Below, piece after piece: positions 33,467 through 42,616 of a DNA stretch of 64,000 bases. The stretch is from Thermosulfurimonas dismutans. GTDB taxonomy: Bacteria; Desulfobacterota; Thermodesulfobacteria; Thermodesulfobacteriales; Thermodesulfobacteriaceae. Position 1 is the first letter of the stretch, and every line of letters begins with the position of its first letter. The notes under the pieces are model-generated. The model had not been told where the DNA came from, did not search any database, and worked only from the letters and a program-made list of their open reading frames with translations. Position numbers and translations under genes: made by a program. The stretch covers positions 5,104 to 69,103 of the forward strand of contig DRMH01000020.1 of NCBI GenBank assembly GCA_011322625.1, given 5' to 3'.

Positions 33467-34072
33467 TTACTCCGTGGTCTCGCCCTCCGTCTCCTCGGCG
33501 GCCTCCTCCTCGGCCTCCACGATGGTCACCACCGGGGCCCCGGGATCCTCGGCGAACTTCACCCCCTCGGGCGGGGTGAGGTCCCGCACATGTAGGGTGT
33601 CTCCCACATCGAGCTGCGAGACATCGATCTCGATGCGGTCGGGAATACGATCCGGCAGACAGGTTACGGTGATCTCGTGCATGAGGATCTCCAGGATGCC
33701 GCCCTTTTCCACCCCTTTGGCCTTGCCCACCACCGCCACCGGCACATCCACCTCCACCGGACGATCCATGCGCACCTCGTAGAAGTCGGCGTGAATGATC
33801 TCGTCGGTCACCGGATGGTATTGAAGTTCCTTGATGATGGCCATGCGCTGCTCGCTCTTTCCGTCATCCTGGACGGTAAGGTTGAAGAGGATCTGTTCCC
33901 CGCGATGGCGGAGGAGGATCTTCTTGAGTTCGTTAAGCCGCGCGGTAAGGGGAAGAGGATCGGTCTGCGGACCGTAAAGGATGGCCGGAATGAAGCCCTG
34001 CCGGCGCAGCTTTTTGGCTATTTCCTTTCCGGTCTTTTTTCTGACCTCCACGGTAAACGGTACCTGTATCAT
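33467..34072 (-). CDS. rplY: 50S ribosomal protein L25/general stress protein Ctc
   Basis: RRQGFIPAILYG ... ELQYHPV ... IHADF, with an acidic C-terminal tail. Confidence 0.88.
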   Translation of the reverse strand: MIQVPFTVEVRKKTGKEIAKKLRRQGFIPAILYGPQTDPLPLTARLNELKKILLRHRGEQILFNLTVQDDGKSEQRMAIIKELQYHPVTDEIIHADFYEVRMDRPVEVDVPVAVVGKAKGVEKGGILEILMHEITVTCLPDRIPDRIEIDVSQLDVGDTLHVRDLTPPEGVKFAEDPGAPVVTIVEAEEEAAEETEGETTE

Positions 34073-34092
34073 GCCTCAAACCTCCTTCGGAA

Positions 34093-35040
34093 TTAGACGA
34101 AAAGGGAGCTTACCGAATCGTCCGCATGTATGCGGCGTATGGCCTCCCCTAAGAGTCTGGCCACGGAAAGGACCTTGATCTTTTTAATCGCTTTTGCCTC
34201 CTCCCGCAAGGGGATGGTGTCGGTGACCACCAGGGATTTTAGGGCCGATTTTTTGATGCGTTCCACCGCCGGGCCGGAGAGCACCGGGTGAGTGGCCATG
34301 CCGTGGACCTCCTTGGCCCCGCGCTCCCTGATGGCTTCGGCGGCCTTGCACATGGTCCCCGCGGTGTCCACCATGTCGTCGAGGATGATGGCCACCTTGC
34401 CCTTCACCTCGCCCACCACGTGCATGACCTCGCTCTGATTGGGGCCGGGGCGACGCTTATCCACGATGGCGATTCCGGCATCGAGCCTTTTGGCGTAGGC
34501 CCGGGCCCGCTCCACCCCGCCGGCATCCGGCGACACGATCACCAGCTCCTCGTCCCGGAAGGTCTCCCGCAGGTATTCCAGAAGCACCGGGGCGGCGAAG
34601 AGATGATCCACCGGAATATCGAAGAACCCCTGGATCTGGCCGGCGTGAAGATCCATGGTGAGCACCCTCCGGGCTCCGGCCACGGTGATGAGATTGGCCA
34701 CCAGCTTGGCCGAAATGGGGGTGCGCGGGGCGGTCTTACGATCCTGACGGGCGTAGCCGTAGTAAGGAATCACCGCCGTGATACGCCGGGCCGAGGCCCG
34801 CCGCAGGGCGTCAATAATGATGAGAAGCTCCATGAGATGTTCGTTCACCGGGGTGCAGGTGGGTTGCACCACGAAGACATCCGCCCCCCGGACATTTTCC
34901 TTGATCTCCACAAAGATCTCCCCGTCGCTGAAACGTTTGATCTCCATATGTCCCATGGGGACGGCCAGATACTCGCAGATCTTACGGGCCAGTTCCGGGT
35001 TGGCCGTGCCGCTGAAGATCTTCAGGTGGTTGATGAACAT
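34093..35040 (-). CDS. prs: ribose-phosphate pyrophosphokinase
   Basis: [12 protein letters not shown] ... RFSDGE ... [10 protein letters not shown] ... [11 protein letters not shown] ... [11 protein letters not shown]. Confidence 0.95.
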   Translation of the reverse strand: MFINHLKIFSGTANPELARKICEYLAVPMGHMEIKRFSDGEIFVEIKENVRGADVFVVQPTCTPVNEHLMELLIIIDALRRASARRITAVIPYYGYARQDRKTAPRTPISAKLVANLITVAGARRVLTMDLHAGQIQGFFDIPVDHLFAAPVLLEYLRETFRDEELVIVSPDAGGVERARAYAKRLDAGIAIVDKRRPGPNQSEVMHVVGEVKGKVAIILDDMVDTAGTMCKAAEAIRERGAKEVHGMATHPVLSGPAVERIKKSALKSLVVTDTIPLREEAKAIKKIKVLSVARLLGEAIRRIHADDSVSSLFV

Positions 35041-35882
35041 GGGGTTCCCTCCTTGTAATTGGTAACCACATAAAAAGCATAAGCCGGGAACCGGGTAACC
35101 AGCCCGGCCTCCGCCCGGCGGGCGGCTCCCTCCTCGGCGAAGATCCCGAAAAGCGCCGAACCGCTTCCGGAAAGGCCGCAGGCCCTTGCCCCGGCGGAAA
35201 GAAGCGCCTTTTCCAGCTCGTAAAGTTCCGGATACCGCTCAAACACCACGGCCCGAAAGTCGTTTTCCAGCACCCCTTCAAAATTTAAAGCCCCTTCCGG
35301 GGCTTTCGGCCCATAATTAAGCGGGGTTTTTTCTTTTGTCAATCTCAGATTTTGATAGGCCCAGCTCGTGGAGACCCGAAAAGGGGGAACCACCACCAGA
35401 TACCAGGCCGGGGTCTCGGGGAAGGGGGAAAGTTCGTCCCCTATCCCCCGGGCGAGAGCTGTGGCGTAAGGGGAGAGAAAAAAGGGCACGTCTGCCCCCA
35501 GGGTTTGAGCCAGGGAAAAGAGTTCCGCCTCGGAGAGATGCCCGGGATAAAGGGCGGAAAGCCCCTTAAGCACCGCCGCGGCATCGCTTGAGGCCCCGCC
35601 GAGACCCGTTCCGGCGGGAATACGTTTCCTGAGCCGGATAAAGACCCCGGCGCAGATCGCGGCCCGCGAAAGGAAGGCCTCCGCCGCCCGAAAACACAGG
35701 TTTTCCCTTCCCGGCGGGGCCTCCCCCTTAACCTCCAGGGAGATATACGTGGCCTTCTTAAGTTCCACCTCATCGCAGAGACTGATCTTCTGAAAAAGGG
35801 TCTCCAGTTCATGATAGCCGTCCGGTCGGCGGCGCAGGACCCGCAGGAAGAGATTGAGCTTGGCCGGAGCGTAAAGCCTCAT
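35022..35882 (-). CDS. ispE: 4-diphosphocytidyl-2-C-methyl-D-erythritol kinase
   Basis: [20 protein letters not shown] ... [18 protein letters not shown] ... SGSGSA (GHMP kinase motifs). Confidence 0.9.
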   Translation of the reverse strand: MRLYAPAKLNLFLRVLRRRPDGYHELETLFQKISLCDEVELKKATYISLEVKGEAPPGRENLCFRAAEAFLSRAAICAGVFIRLRKRIPAGTGLGGASSDAAAVLKGLSALYPGHLSEAELFSLAQTLGADVPFFLSPYATALARGIGDELSPFPETPAWYLVVVPPFRVSTSWAYQNLRLTKEKTPLNYGPKAPEGALNFEGVLENDFRAVVFERYPELYELEKALLSAGARACGLSGSGSALFGIFAEEGAARRAEAGLVTRFPAYAFYVVTNYKEGTPCSSTT

Positions 35883-36163
35883 GAGGTAAGCTTCACATAA
35901 CGCAGGCGGAGCTCGTAAAGGATGCTCTCAAGCAGCCTCTCCTCGTCCGGAGTGAGGTTCCCCCGGGTCTTTTCCCGCAGCATGTCCAGGGTGTCGATGG
36001 TGTGCCGGGCCAGAGTGAGGTTTACGGTCTTCTCGTTGGTGTCCGGGTTGGGAAGCTCCCCCAGGTGGATGAGAGCCGCGGTGTTAAGCGAGAGGATAAA
36101 GGTGCTGAAGGTCACCGGAGGCAGGGGTATCGCCTGCTTCTCCCTTTTCTCTCCGTCGCCCAT
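35879..36163 (-). CDS. DUF1844 domain protein
   Basis: FSTFILSLNTAALIHLGE.PNP ... NLTLARHTIDTLDMLREKTRGNLT..E..LLE..LYELRLRY. Confidence 0.75.
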   Translation of the reverse strand: MGDGEKREKQAIPLPPVTFSTFILSLNTAALIHLGELPNPDTNEKTVNLTLARHTIDTLDMLREKTRGNLTPDEERLLESILYELRLRYVKLTS

Positions 36164-36174
36164 ATCCGTGCCTC

Positions 36175-36537
36175 CTACTTTTTCTTCTTGATGATCACTT
36201 CCGTACGACTTACGTACCCCCCGCTTACCGGCTTCCGCTGACTAAGCTGGTCGTGGAGTTTTCGGATGCGGTCGGTACGCACATACTCCTGGGCCCGGGA
36301 GAGGAATCTCCGGGCCTCCCCCACCTTTCCGTCTATAAGATAATCCCGGGCCCGCTTGAGAATGGCCCTCTCCCGTTCGGCCCGAAAATCGGCCGCATCC
36401 TGGAACCCGAAAAGGGAGGGCAGCTTCAACACCCGCGACTCCCCGCATCGGGGACAGGGAGGAAACTCCTCCCCCATCTTCATAAGGCGCTCAAAGATCT
36501 CCCCGCAAACCTCACACCGAAACTCGTAGATGGGCAT
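36175..36537 (-). CDS. FmdB-family zinc-ribbon protein
   Basis: MPIYEFRCEVCGEIFE ... CPRCG (CxxC...CxxC). Confidence 0.8.
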   Translation of the reverse strand: MPIYEFRCEVCGEIFERLMKMGEEFPPCPRCGESRVLKLPSLFGFQDAADFRAERERAILKRARDYLIDGKVGEARRFLSRAQEYVRTDRIRKLHDQLSQRKPVSGGYVSRTEVIIKKKK

Positions 36538-36613
36538 TCTAGAAATTCTTCCGGGTGAAATTATTTTTTGTTAGGATAGGGCAAGATCGGCAAGAACACA
36601 AGAGGGGAAATGC

Positions 36614-37615
36614 ATGGTGCTCATCGCTCTCGATTGCGAAGGACCCATAACCTTAAACGACAATGCCTATGAATTTGCCGCGGCGGTCATTCCCCAGGGG
36701 GGAGAATTCTTCGCCCGCATCTCCCGTTACGACGATTATCTGGCCGATGTGGAGAGGCGCCCGGGCTACAAGGCCGGGGACACCTTAAAGCTCATCCTTC
36801 CCTTCCTTAAGGCCTACGGGGCCACCAACCGGGCGCTTAGGGAGTTCTCCCGAAAGACCCTGCGGGTGCTTCCCGGGGCGGTGGAGACCCTTAAGGCCCT
36901 GAACCGCCTCTCCCCCACCTTCATCATCAGCACGAGCTACCGCCCCTATCTTGAGGCCCTTTGCGAGGTGGCGGGTTTTCCTCTGGAGCGGGTCTTCTGT
37001 ACGGAGGTGGATTTTGAGGCCGTAAGGGTCCCTCCCGCCGAGGAGAGGGAGCTTCGGCGGCTCTGCGAGGAGATCCTCGCCCTTCCCCTCATCGAGATCC
37101 CCTCCGGAGCCCGGGGGCCCTCGGATCTTTCCGCCGAGAGCCGGCGGGCCCTTGAGCGGCTGGAGAAGATCTTCTGGGAGATCCTTCCAGAGATGGAGGC
37201 CGGGCGATTCCTGCGCGAGGTGAACCCCGTGGGCGGGGCGGAGAAGGCCCGGGCGGTGGAGGAAGCCCTTGCGGAGACCGGCTCCTCGGTCGCCGAGGTC
37301 ATCTACTTCGGCGACAGTATCACCGACACCGAGGCCTTAAGCCTGGTGCGCGAGGCCGGAGGCGGGGCCGTGGCCTTTAACGCCAATCGGTATGCGCTAA
37401 AGGCCGCGGAATTCTACGTGCTCTCCGAGACCGCGGAACCCGAACGAATCCTTTCCGAGGCCTTCGTCTCCGGGGGGCGTGAGGGTCTTATCGGGCTTTC
37501 GCCGGGGCCGAACTTTGAGTTCGGGCTTCTGGATAGTCCTTCCGAGGAACTCATTCGCCGCAGCGAGGCCTTTCGCAAGGGGGTCCGCGGCGAAGAGATA
37601 GGAGCCCTGGGATGA
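36614..37615 (+). CDS. HAD-superfamily-like protein (resembles proteins annotated EhaR, energy-converting hydrogenase A subunit R)
   Basis: N-terminus ALDCEGPITLNDNAYEF (a degenerate DxDxT), and a C-terminal GDSITD motif. Length is 333 aa. The EhaR resemblance is from memory. Confidence 0.5.
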   Translation: MVLIALDCEGPITLNDNAYEFAAAVIPQGGEFFARISRYDDYLADVERRPGYKAGDTLKLILPFLKAYGATNRALREFSRKTLRVLPGAVETLKALNRLSPTFIISTSYRPYLEALCEVAGFPLERVFCTEVDFEAVRVPPAEERELRRLCEEILALPLIEIPSGARGPSDLSAESRRALERLEKIFWEILPEMEAGRFLREVNPVGGAEKARAVEEALAETGSSVAEVIYFGDSITDTEALSLVREAGGGAVAFNANRYALKAAEFYVLSETAEPERILSEAFVSGGREGLIGLSPGPNFEFGLLDSPSEELIRRSEAFRKGVRGEEIGALG

Positions 37616-38352
37616 TCCCCCTGCAGGACAGCCTTCCCCGACGCACGGTTCCGGTGGTCACCTGGGGGCTTATCGCGGTAAACACCCTGGTGTTCCTCCT
37701 GGAAACCGCTCTTCCTGAACCCACCCGCGAACTGGTCATCCAATATCTGGGCCTAATTCCGGCCAGACTCACCGATCCGGTCTGGGCCGCGGCCCACGGT
37801 TATCCCCCGGGGGCCTATCTCACCCTCTTTACCCATCTCTTCCTTCACGGGGGCTGGGTCCATATCCTGGGCAATATGTGGACCCTCTGGATCTTCGGCG
37901 ACAACGTGGAAGACCGCATGGGGCATCTGCGGTTCTTGATCTTTTATTTCCTGTGCGGGTTTGTGGCCGCCCTGGTCCACGTGCACATGTATCCCCATTC
38001 CACCATCCCCACCATAGGGGCCTCGGGGGCCATCTCCGGGGTGCTGGGAGCCTATCTCCTCATGTTCCCCGCCGCCCGAATCGTGGTAATGATCCCCATC
38101 TTCATCTTCCCCTTCATCTTCGAGGTGCCGGCGATATTTTTTCTGGTTTATTGGTATCTGCTTCAGGTCTTCTCCGGCACCCTCTCCCTGGCCCTGCCGG
38201 AGCCGGTAATCGAGGTGGCCTGGTGGGCCCATGTGGGGGGTTTTCTGGCGGGAATGCTCCTTCACCGTTTCTTCTGCCCCCGGGGTCGCTGCTACTACCG
38301 GGACGAGGAGATCCCCGGGGTGGTCTCCTATTTTGATCGTATAAATCGTTGA
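37612..38352 (+). CDS. rhomboid-family intramembrane serine protease
   Basis: HLFLHGGWVHILGNMW, catalytic GASGAISG and AHVGGFLAG. About 6 TM helices. ATGA overlap with the upstream gene. Confidence 0.9.
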   Translation: MIPLQDSLPRRTVPVVTWGLIAVNTLVFLLETALPEPTRELVIQYLGLIPARLTDPVWAAAHGYPPGAYLTLFTHLFLHGGWVHILGNMWTLWIFGDNVEDRMGHLRFLIFYFLCGFVAALVHVHMYPHSTIPTIGASGAISGVLGAYLLMFPAARIVVMIPIFIFPFIFEVPAIFFLVYWYLLQVFSGTLSLALPEPVIEVAWWAHVGGFLAGMLLHRFFCPRGRCYYRDEEIPGVVSYFDRINR

Positions 38353-38363
38353 GGAGGGGTCTT

Positions 38364-39230
38364 ATGACCGGTTTCGATCTTTTCTGGTTCTTCTTCATCC
38401 TGGCCGCCCTTCAGCCCATCCTGCGCCAGAGGTTGCTGGAGGCCGCCCGCCAGCGCATGATCGCCAGGATCGAAAAGATGCGGGGCTCGCGGGTCATCCT
38501 CCTGGTGCATCGTCAGGAGACCATGAGTCTGCTCGGGTTTCCCATCATGCGTTTCATCGACATCAACGACTCCGAGCAGGTCATCCGGGCCATTCACCTC
38601 ACCGACCCGGAGGTGCCCATCGACCTGATCCTCCACACCCCCGGTGGCCTGGTGCTTGCCGCCCTTCAGATCGCCCGAGCGGTAAAGAAACATCCCGGAA
38701 AGGTCACGGCCTTCATCCCTCACTACGCCATGAGCGGGGGCACGCTCATCGCCCTTGCCGCCGACGAGATCGTCATGGACGAACACGCGGTGCTCGGCCC
38801 GGTGGACCCCCAGCTGGGCCAGTTCCCCGCGGCCTCCATCGTGCGGGCTGCCCGGGAAAAGCCCCTGGAACAGGTGGACGATCAGACCCTGATCATGGCG
38901 GACATGGCCGAAAAGGCCCTGCGACAGATGCGGGAAAACTTGAAGGATCTCCTTTCCGGAAGATACCCCCCGGAGAAGGTAGAGGAACTTTCCGATCTCC
39001 TCACTCAGGGACACTGGACCCACGACTACCCCATTACCTACGAGGAAGCGAAAAAACTGGGGCTCCCGGTGCGCAAGGACATGCCGCACGAGATCTATCA
39101 GCTCATGAGTCTCTTCCCGCAGCCGGTGCGCCAGGTCCCCTCGGTGGAATTTACCCCCGGTCCCAGACGGGCCCCGGGTTCCCACAATCATCAGTCCATG
39201 CTCTCCCTGCTCCGCACCTGGTTGAGCTAA
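38364..39230 (+). CDS. SDH-family Clp-fold serine protease (PF01972-like), membrane anchored
   Basis: ATG 38364 is preceded by SD GAGGAGGGG. An N-terminal TM helix is followed by LILHTPGGLV ... YAMSGGTLIALAADEIVM. The track start TTG 38349 is less likely. Confidence 0.8.
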   Translation: MTGFDLFWFFFILAALQPILRQRLLEAARQRMIARIEKMRGSRVILLVHRQETMSLLGFPIMRFIDINDSEQVIRAIHLTDPEVPIDLILHTPGGLVLAALQIARAVKKHPGKVTAFIPHYAMSGGTLIALAADEIVMDEHAVLGPVDPQLGQFPAASIVRAAREKPLEQVDDQTLIMADMAEKALRQMRENLKDLLSGRYPPEKVEELSDLLTQGHWTHDYPITYEEAKKLGLPVRKDMPHEIYQLMSLFPQPVRQVPSVEFTPGPRRAPGSHNHQSMLSLLRTWLS

Positions 39231-39252
39231 AGACCCCTCCCCCTGCCTCCAT

Positions 39253-39281
39253 CCCCGGGACTTGACCCCGGGGATTTTTTT
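39253..39281 (+). terminator. rho-independent terminator after the protease operon
   Basis: Stem CCCCGGG (39253-39259) / CCCGGGG (39267-39273) with a 7-nt loop, followed by A and T7 (39275-39281). It lies 23 nt after the stop codon. Confidence 0.65.
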
Positions 39282-39291
39282 GAACTAAAAT
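39262..39291 (+). promoter_or_regulatory. sigma70-like promoter for tetR-efflux operon (TTGACC-N18-TAAAAT)
   Basis: TTGACC lies at 39262-39267 inside the terminator hairpin. TAAAAT at 39286-39291 ends 7 nt before ATG 39299, which implies a leaderless or near-leaderless transcript. Confidence 0.35.
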
Positions 39292-39313
39292 TCACGATAT
39301 GAATCGTCGTTCA
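39281..39313. promoter_or_regulatory. two TGAA-N6-TTCA inverted repeats (candidate TetR operators)
   Basis: TGAACTAAAATTCA lies at 39281-39294 and overlaps the -10 element. TGAATCGTCGTTCA lies at 39300-39313 and overlaps the tetR start codon. Confidence 0.35.
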
Positions 39314-39904
39314 AAAAGGAAGGTCTGGCAGGAGGAGGTCCGGCGGGAGATCCTGCAGGCCGCGCTTTCGGTCTTTTCCGAACGGGGCTACCATCGGGCC
39401 AGGATGCTCGAGATCGCCGAAAGGGCCGGAGTGGCGGTGGGGACCCTCTATCAATATTTTCCCAGCAAAAAAGCCCTTTACGAGACCCTCCTGCTGGAGA
39501 CGGTCTCCAGGATCCATCGCCGGGTCATGGAGGCCCTTTCCTCCTCGGGCTCCCCGCGGGAAATCCTGCACCGTTTTCTGGAGGCCAAGCTGGAGATCCT
39601 GCGGGAAAACGAACCCGTGCTCCGGCTCCATCTCCGGGAACTCTGGGAGGCCCGTTTCCGGGGGGTCCACACGGAGAGGATCCGCGTCCTCTTCGAGGAG
39701 TATCTGGACCGTCTGGCCGGGGTGCTGAGCCAGCTGGCCTCCCCCCTTTCCGCCCATCCCCGCTTTTACGCCGCCCTGGTGGACGGGGTAATTGCCACCG
39801 CGGTGGTGGAGGCCCTGGAGGGAAGAAGACCCTTCCCCGAACCCCGGGACCTCTGGGAAATCCTCACCCAGCCCCTTATTCCCCGGGAGAACCGCCATGC
39901 ATAG
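39299..39904 (+). CDS. TetR/AcrR-family transcriptional regulator
   Basis: The N-terminal HTH segment ILQAALSVFSERGYHRARMLEIAERAGVAVGTLYQYFPSKKALY. Confidence 0.88.
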   Translation: MNRRSKRKVWQEEVRREILQAALSVFSERGYHRARMLEIAERAGVAVGTLYQYFPSKKALYETLLLETVSRIHRRVMEALSSSGSPREILHRFLEAKLEILRENEPVLRLHLRELWEARFRGVHTERIRVLFEEYLDRLAGVLSQLASPLSAHPRFYAALVDGVIATAVVEALEGRRPFPEPRDLWEILTQPLIPRENRHA

Positions 39905-41033
39905 CCGACATCGCCAGCTGGCCGCGGCCATCCTGCTCACCATCTTTCTGATCCTCCTGGTGCTGCTGGCCCGTTTTCTCTGGCATCGCCATTATTACGC
40001 GGTTACCAACGCCGTGTTCGTGGAAACCGATTCCCTGGTCCTGGTCTCCTTCCAGAAGGTCAACGGCAGACTGCGGCGGCTCTACGTGCCCGAGGGGGCC
40101 CGGGTGCAACAGGGGCAGATCCTGGCCGAGCTGGACAACACCACCTATGCCCTCTCGGTCCGGAATCTGGCCGACCAACTCCGTTCCCTGCGGGAAAAGT
40201 CGCAGGCCCTGAGCATAAAAATCCAGAGGTTGCGCACGGACCTCCGGCTGCGTCAGGCCCAGATCGAGGACGAAATGGAAAGGTTGCGGGCCGAAAGACG
40301 GGCCATGCAAAGCGAGGTGGCGGCCCTGGAGGCCGAACTGGCCCAGACCGCACGCGATCTCCGCAGGTTCCGGCGTCTTCTCCGGGAGGGGCTCATCGCC
40401 AGGCATCGTTTCGAGGAGATTCAGACCCGGTGGCTAAGCCTCACCCAGAAGAAAAAGGCCCTCCTGGCCCGGGTTCAGGCCCTTACCGCGGCCATCCGTT
40501 CCACGGTCAAGGAAAAAGAACGCCTCCTCAACCAGCACAAACTGATCCGGGAAAAAGAAAGGGAGCTTGCGGCCCTGAAGGCCCGCATTCGGGCTCAGGA
40601 AAGGGCCCTAGAGGAGGCCCGGGTCCTCCTTTCCTACTGCCGGCTCCAAAGCCCGGTAACCGGCTACATCGCCAAACGCTTCCACGCCCCGGGCGATGTG
40701 GTGGGCCCCGGAGAACCGGTCTATGCGGTGGTGGACTTCTCCAAACTCTATGTCCTGGTGCTCCTTGAGGAAACCAAACTCCGGGGGGTCCGGCCCGGAT
40801 GCGAGGCCCGCATCCGGATAGATGCCTATCCCCATCATCCCTTCTACGGGGTGGTTACCGCGGTGCTCCCGGCCACCGCGGCCAAATTCGCTCTGGTACC
40901 GCGGGACATCTCCGCCGGAGAATTCACCAAGGTGGCCCAGCGCATTCCGGTCAAGATCAAAATTACCCGGGGAGACCTCTCCCTCCTCAGGGTGGGCCTG
41001 GGGGGAGAGGTGGAGATCAAGAGGAAATTCTGA
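39897..41033 (+). CDS. HlyD/EmrA-family membrane fusion protein
   Basis: The ATG overlaps the tetR end by 8 nt. TM anchor, long coiled coil, then ..SPVTGYIAKRF..PGDVV ... FTKVAQRIPVKI. Confidence 0.88.
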   Translation: MHSRHRQLAAAILLTIFLILLVLLARFLWHRHYYAVTNAVFVETDSLVLVSFQKVNGRLRRLYVPEGARVQQGQILAELDNTTYALSVRNLADQLRSLREKSQALSIKIQRLRTDLRLRQAQIEDEMERLRAERRAMQSEVAALEAELAQTARDLRRFRRLLREGLIARHRFEEIQTRWLSLTQKKKALLARVQALTAAIRSTVKEKERLLNQHKLIREKERELAALKARIRAQERALEEARVLLSYCRLQSPVTGYIAKRFHAPGDVVGPGEPVYAVVDFSKLYVLVLLEETKLRGVRPGCEARIRIDAYPHHPFYGVVTAVLPATAAKFALVPRDISAGEFTKVAQRIPVKIKITRGDLSLLRVGLGGEVEIKRKF

Positions 41034-42616
41034 TGGCCGGCGCTCCGGTTTCCCGGGATTTCTACTATCCGGTCCCTACCCTCGATCGCGTGCTCATCAC
41101 CTTTATCGTCATGACCGGTTTTTTCATGGCCATTCTGGACACCACCATCGTGGATATCGTGGTCCCCAAACTGATGGGCCCGCTTTCCACGGATCTTTAC
41201 GGCATCCAGTGGGTGATCACCGCCTACATGACCGCCGCGGCCACCGGACTCATCTTCGTGGTATCCCTGGCCCCCAGGATCGGTTATGCCTGGACCTTTC
41301 TTTCGGGCATCTCTCTTTTCACCCTTTCCTCGGCCATGTGCGGCATGGCCGGAAGCCTTCCCTATATGATCTTCTGGCGCGTCACCCAGGGCCTGGGCGA
41401 GGCCTTCATCGCCGCCTCGGCCCAGACCATCCTCCTGGCGGTCTATCCCCCGGAGCGACGCGGGCTGGCCATGGGAATCTTCGGCCTGGGGGTAAGCTTT
41501 GCCCCGGCCCTGGGCCCCACCCTGGGGGGATTCCTCACCGACCATCTTTCCTGGCGCTGGATCTTCCTCATCAACCTCCCGGTGGGGCTCCTCACCCTTA
41601 CCGGGGGCCTCTTCTTCCTGCCCCGGGCCATCGGACGCACCGGCCGTTTCCAGTTCAACCCCGTAAGCTACGTCTTCCTCACCGCCTTCACCGTGTCTCT
41701 GCTCATCCTCCTCTCCAAGGGCCAGCAGCTGGGCTGGTTCCAGTCCACCCTTATCGGCACCCTGGCCTTCGTGGCCGCCCTCTCCCTGGTGGCCTACCTG
41801 GCCAGTGAATTCTTTTCCCGGCGCCCCCTGCTGGATCTATCCATCTACCTCATCCCCCGCTTCGGTCTTACCATGGGCTATCAGTTTTTCCTGCTGGGGT
41901 TCTCCATGTATCAGATCTTCTATCTCCTTCCCCTTTATTACGAAAACCTCAAGGGGCTCACCACCCTTCAGGCCGGGCTGCACATGCTGGCCTTCGCCAG
42001 CTGCATAGGTCTCTTCTCCATCCTCTCCGGCACCCTCAGCGACCGTTTCAAACCGGAATACCTCCTGCTGCTCAGCTTCCTCCTTTACTCCGTGGTGGGC
42101 ATCTTCCTCCTGCCGCGCCTCAATTACTACACCCCGGCCCTCCGGGCCGCTCTCTATACCGTGCCTCTGGGCATGGCCATCGGGACCTTCTTTCCGCCCC
42201 TGGCCCGCATCGTCCTTTCCGACCTGGGCCCGCGAACCGGACTGGGGGTGGTGCTCATGCACTATCAGCGATTCATCGGGGGCTCCTTCGGCACCGCCAT
42301 CGCCACCAACACCCTCACCTACCGCACCGACTTCCATTTTCAGGAAATCACCGGACTCCAGAACCCGGTTCTGGTAGAAAAGGCCATCCGGAAGGGCGCG
42401 GCTTTCCTGCAACCCTTCTTTCCCCCTTCCCTGGCCCTGCACAAGGCCAAGGCCCTCATGTTCCGGCTGGAAACCCTCTACGCCGCAAGCTACGCCTTCC
42501 AGGACACCTTCCGCCACACCTACTATTTCGCCCTTATCGGGGCCGTTTTCCTCTCCCTTCTGCTCTTTCGCGAACTCTACCTCGCTCGTCGGGAACGAAA
42601 GGGGGTGAGGCTATGA
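41033..42616 (+). CDS. MFS transporter, DHA2/EmrB family (14 TMS)
   Basis: TGATG overlap with the hlyD-like gene. MAILDTTIVDIVVPKL ... WVITAYM ... WRVTQGLGEAF. The N-terminal 78 aa of the 605-aa track ORF are a shadow. Confidence 0.9.
   Translation: MAGAPVSRDFYYPVPTLDRVLITFIVMTGFFMAILDTTIVDIVVPKLMGPLSTDLYGIQWVITAYMTAAATGLIFVVSLAPRIGYAWTFLSGISLFTLSSAMCGMAGSLPYMIFWRVTQGLGEAFIAASAQTILLAVYPPERRGLAMGIFGLGVSFAPALGPTLGGFLTDHLSWRWIFLINLPVGLLTLTGGLFFLPRAIGRTGRFQFNPVSYVFLTAFTVSLLILLSKGQQLGWFQSTLIGTLAFVAALSLVAYLASEFFSRRPLLDLSIYLIPRFGLTMGYQFFLLGFSMYQIFYLLPLYYENLKGLTTLQAGLHMLAFASCIGLFSILSGTLSDRFKPEYLLLLSFLLYSVVGIFLLPRLNYYTPALRAALYTVPLGMAIGTFFPPLARIVLSDLGPRTGLGVVLMHYQRFIGGSFGTAIATNTLTYRTDFHFQEITGLQNPVLVEKAIRKGAAFLQPFFPPSLALHKAKALMFRLETLYAASYAFQDTFRHTYYFALIGAVFLSLLLFRELYLARRERKGVRL

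Noticed and set aside
40799-42616. 605-aa version of the MFS transporter ORF, and the parallel 328-aa ORF at 40822-41808.
   Set aside because: The N-terminal 78 aa overlap the HlyD-like gene out of frame. The MFS homology and the TGATG coupling begin at 41033. The 328-aa ORF is a P/G/H/R-rich alternative frame.
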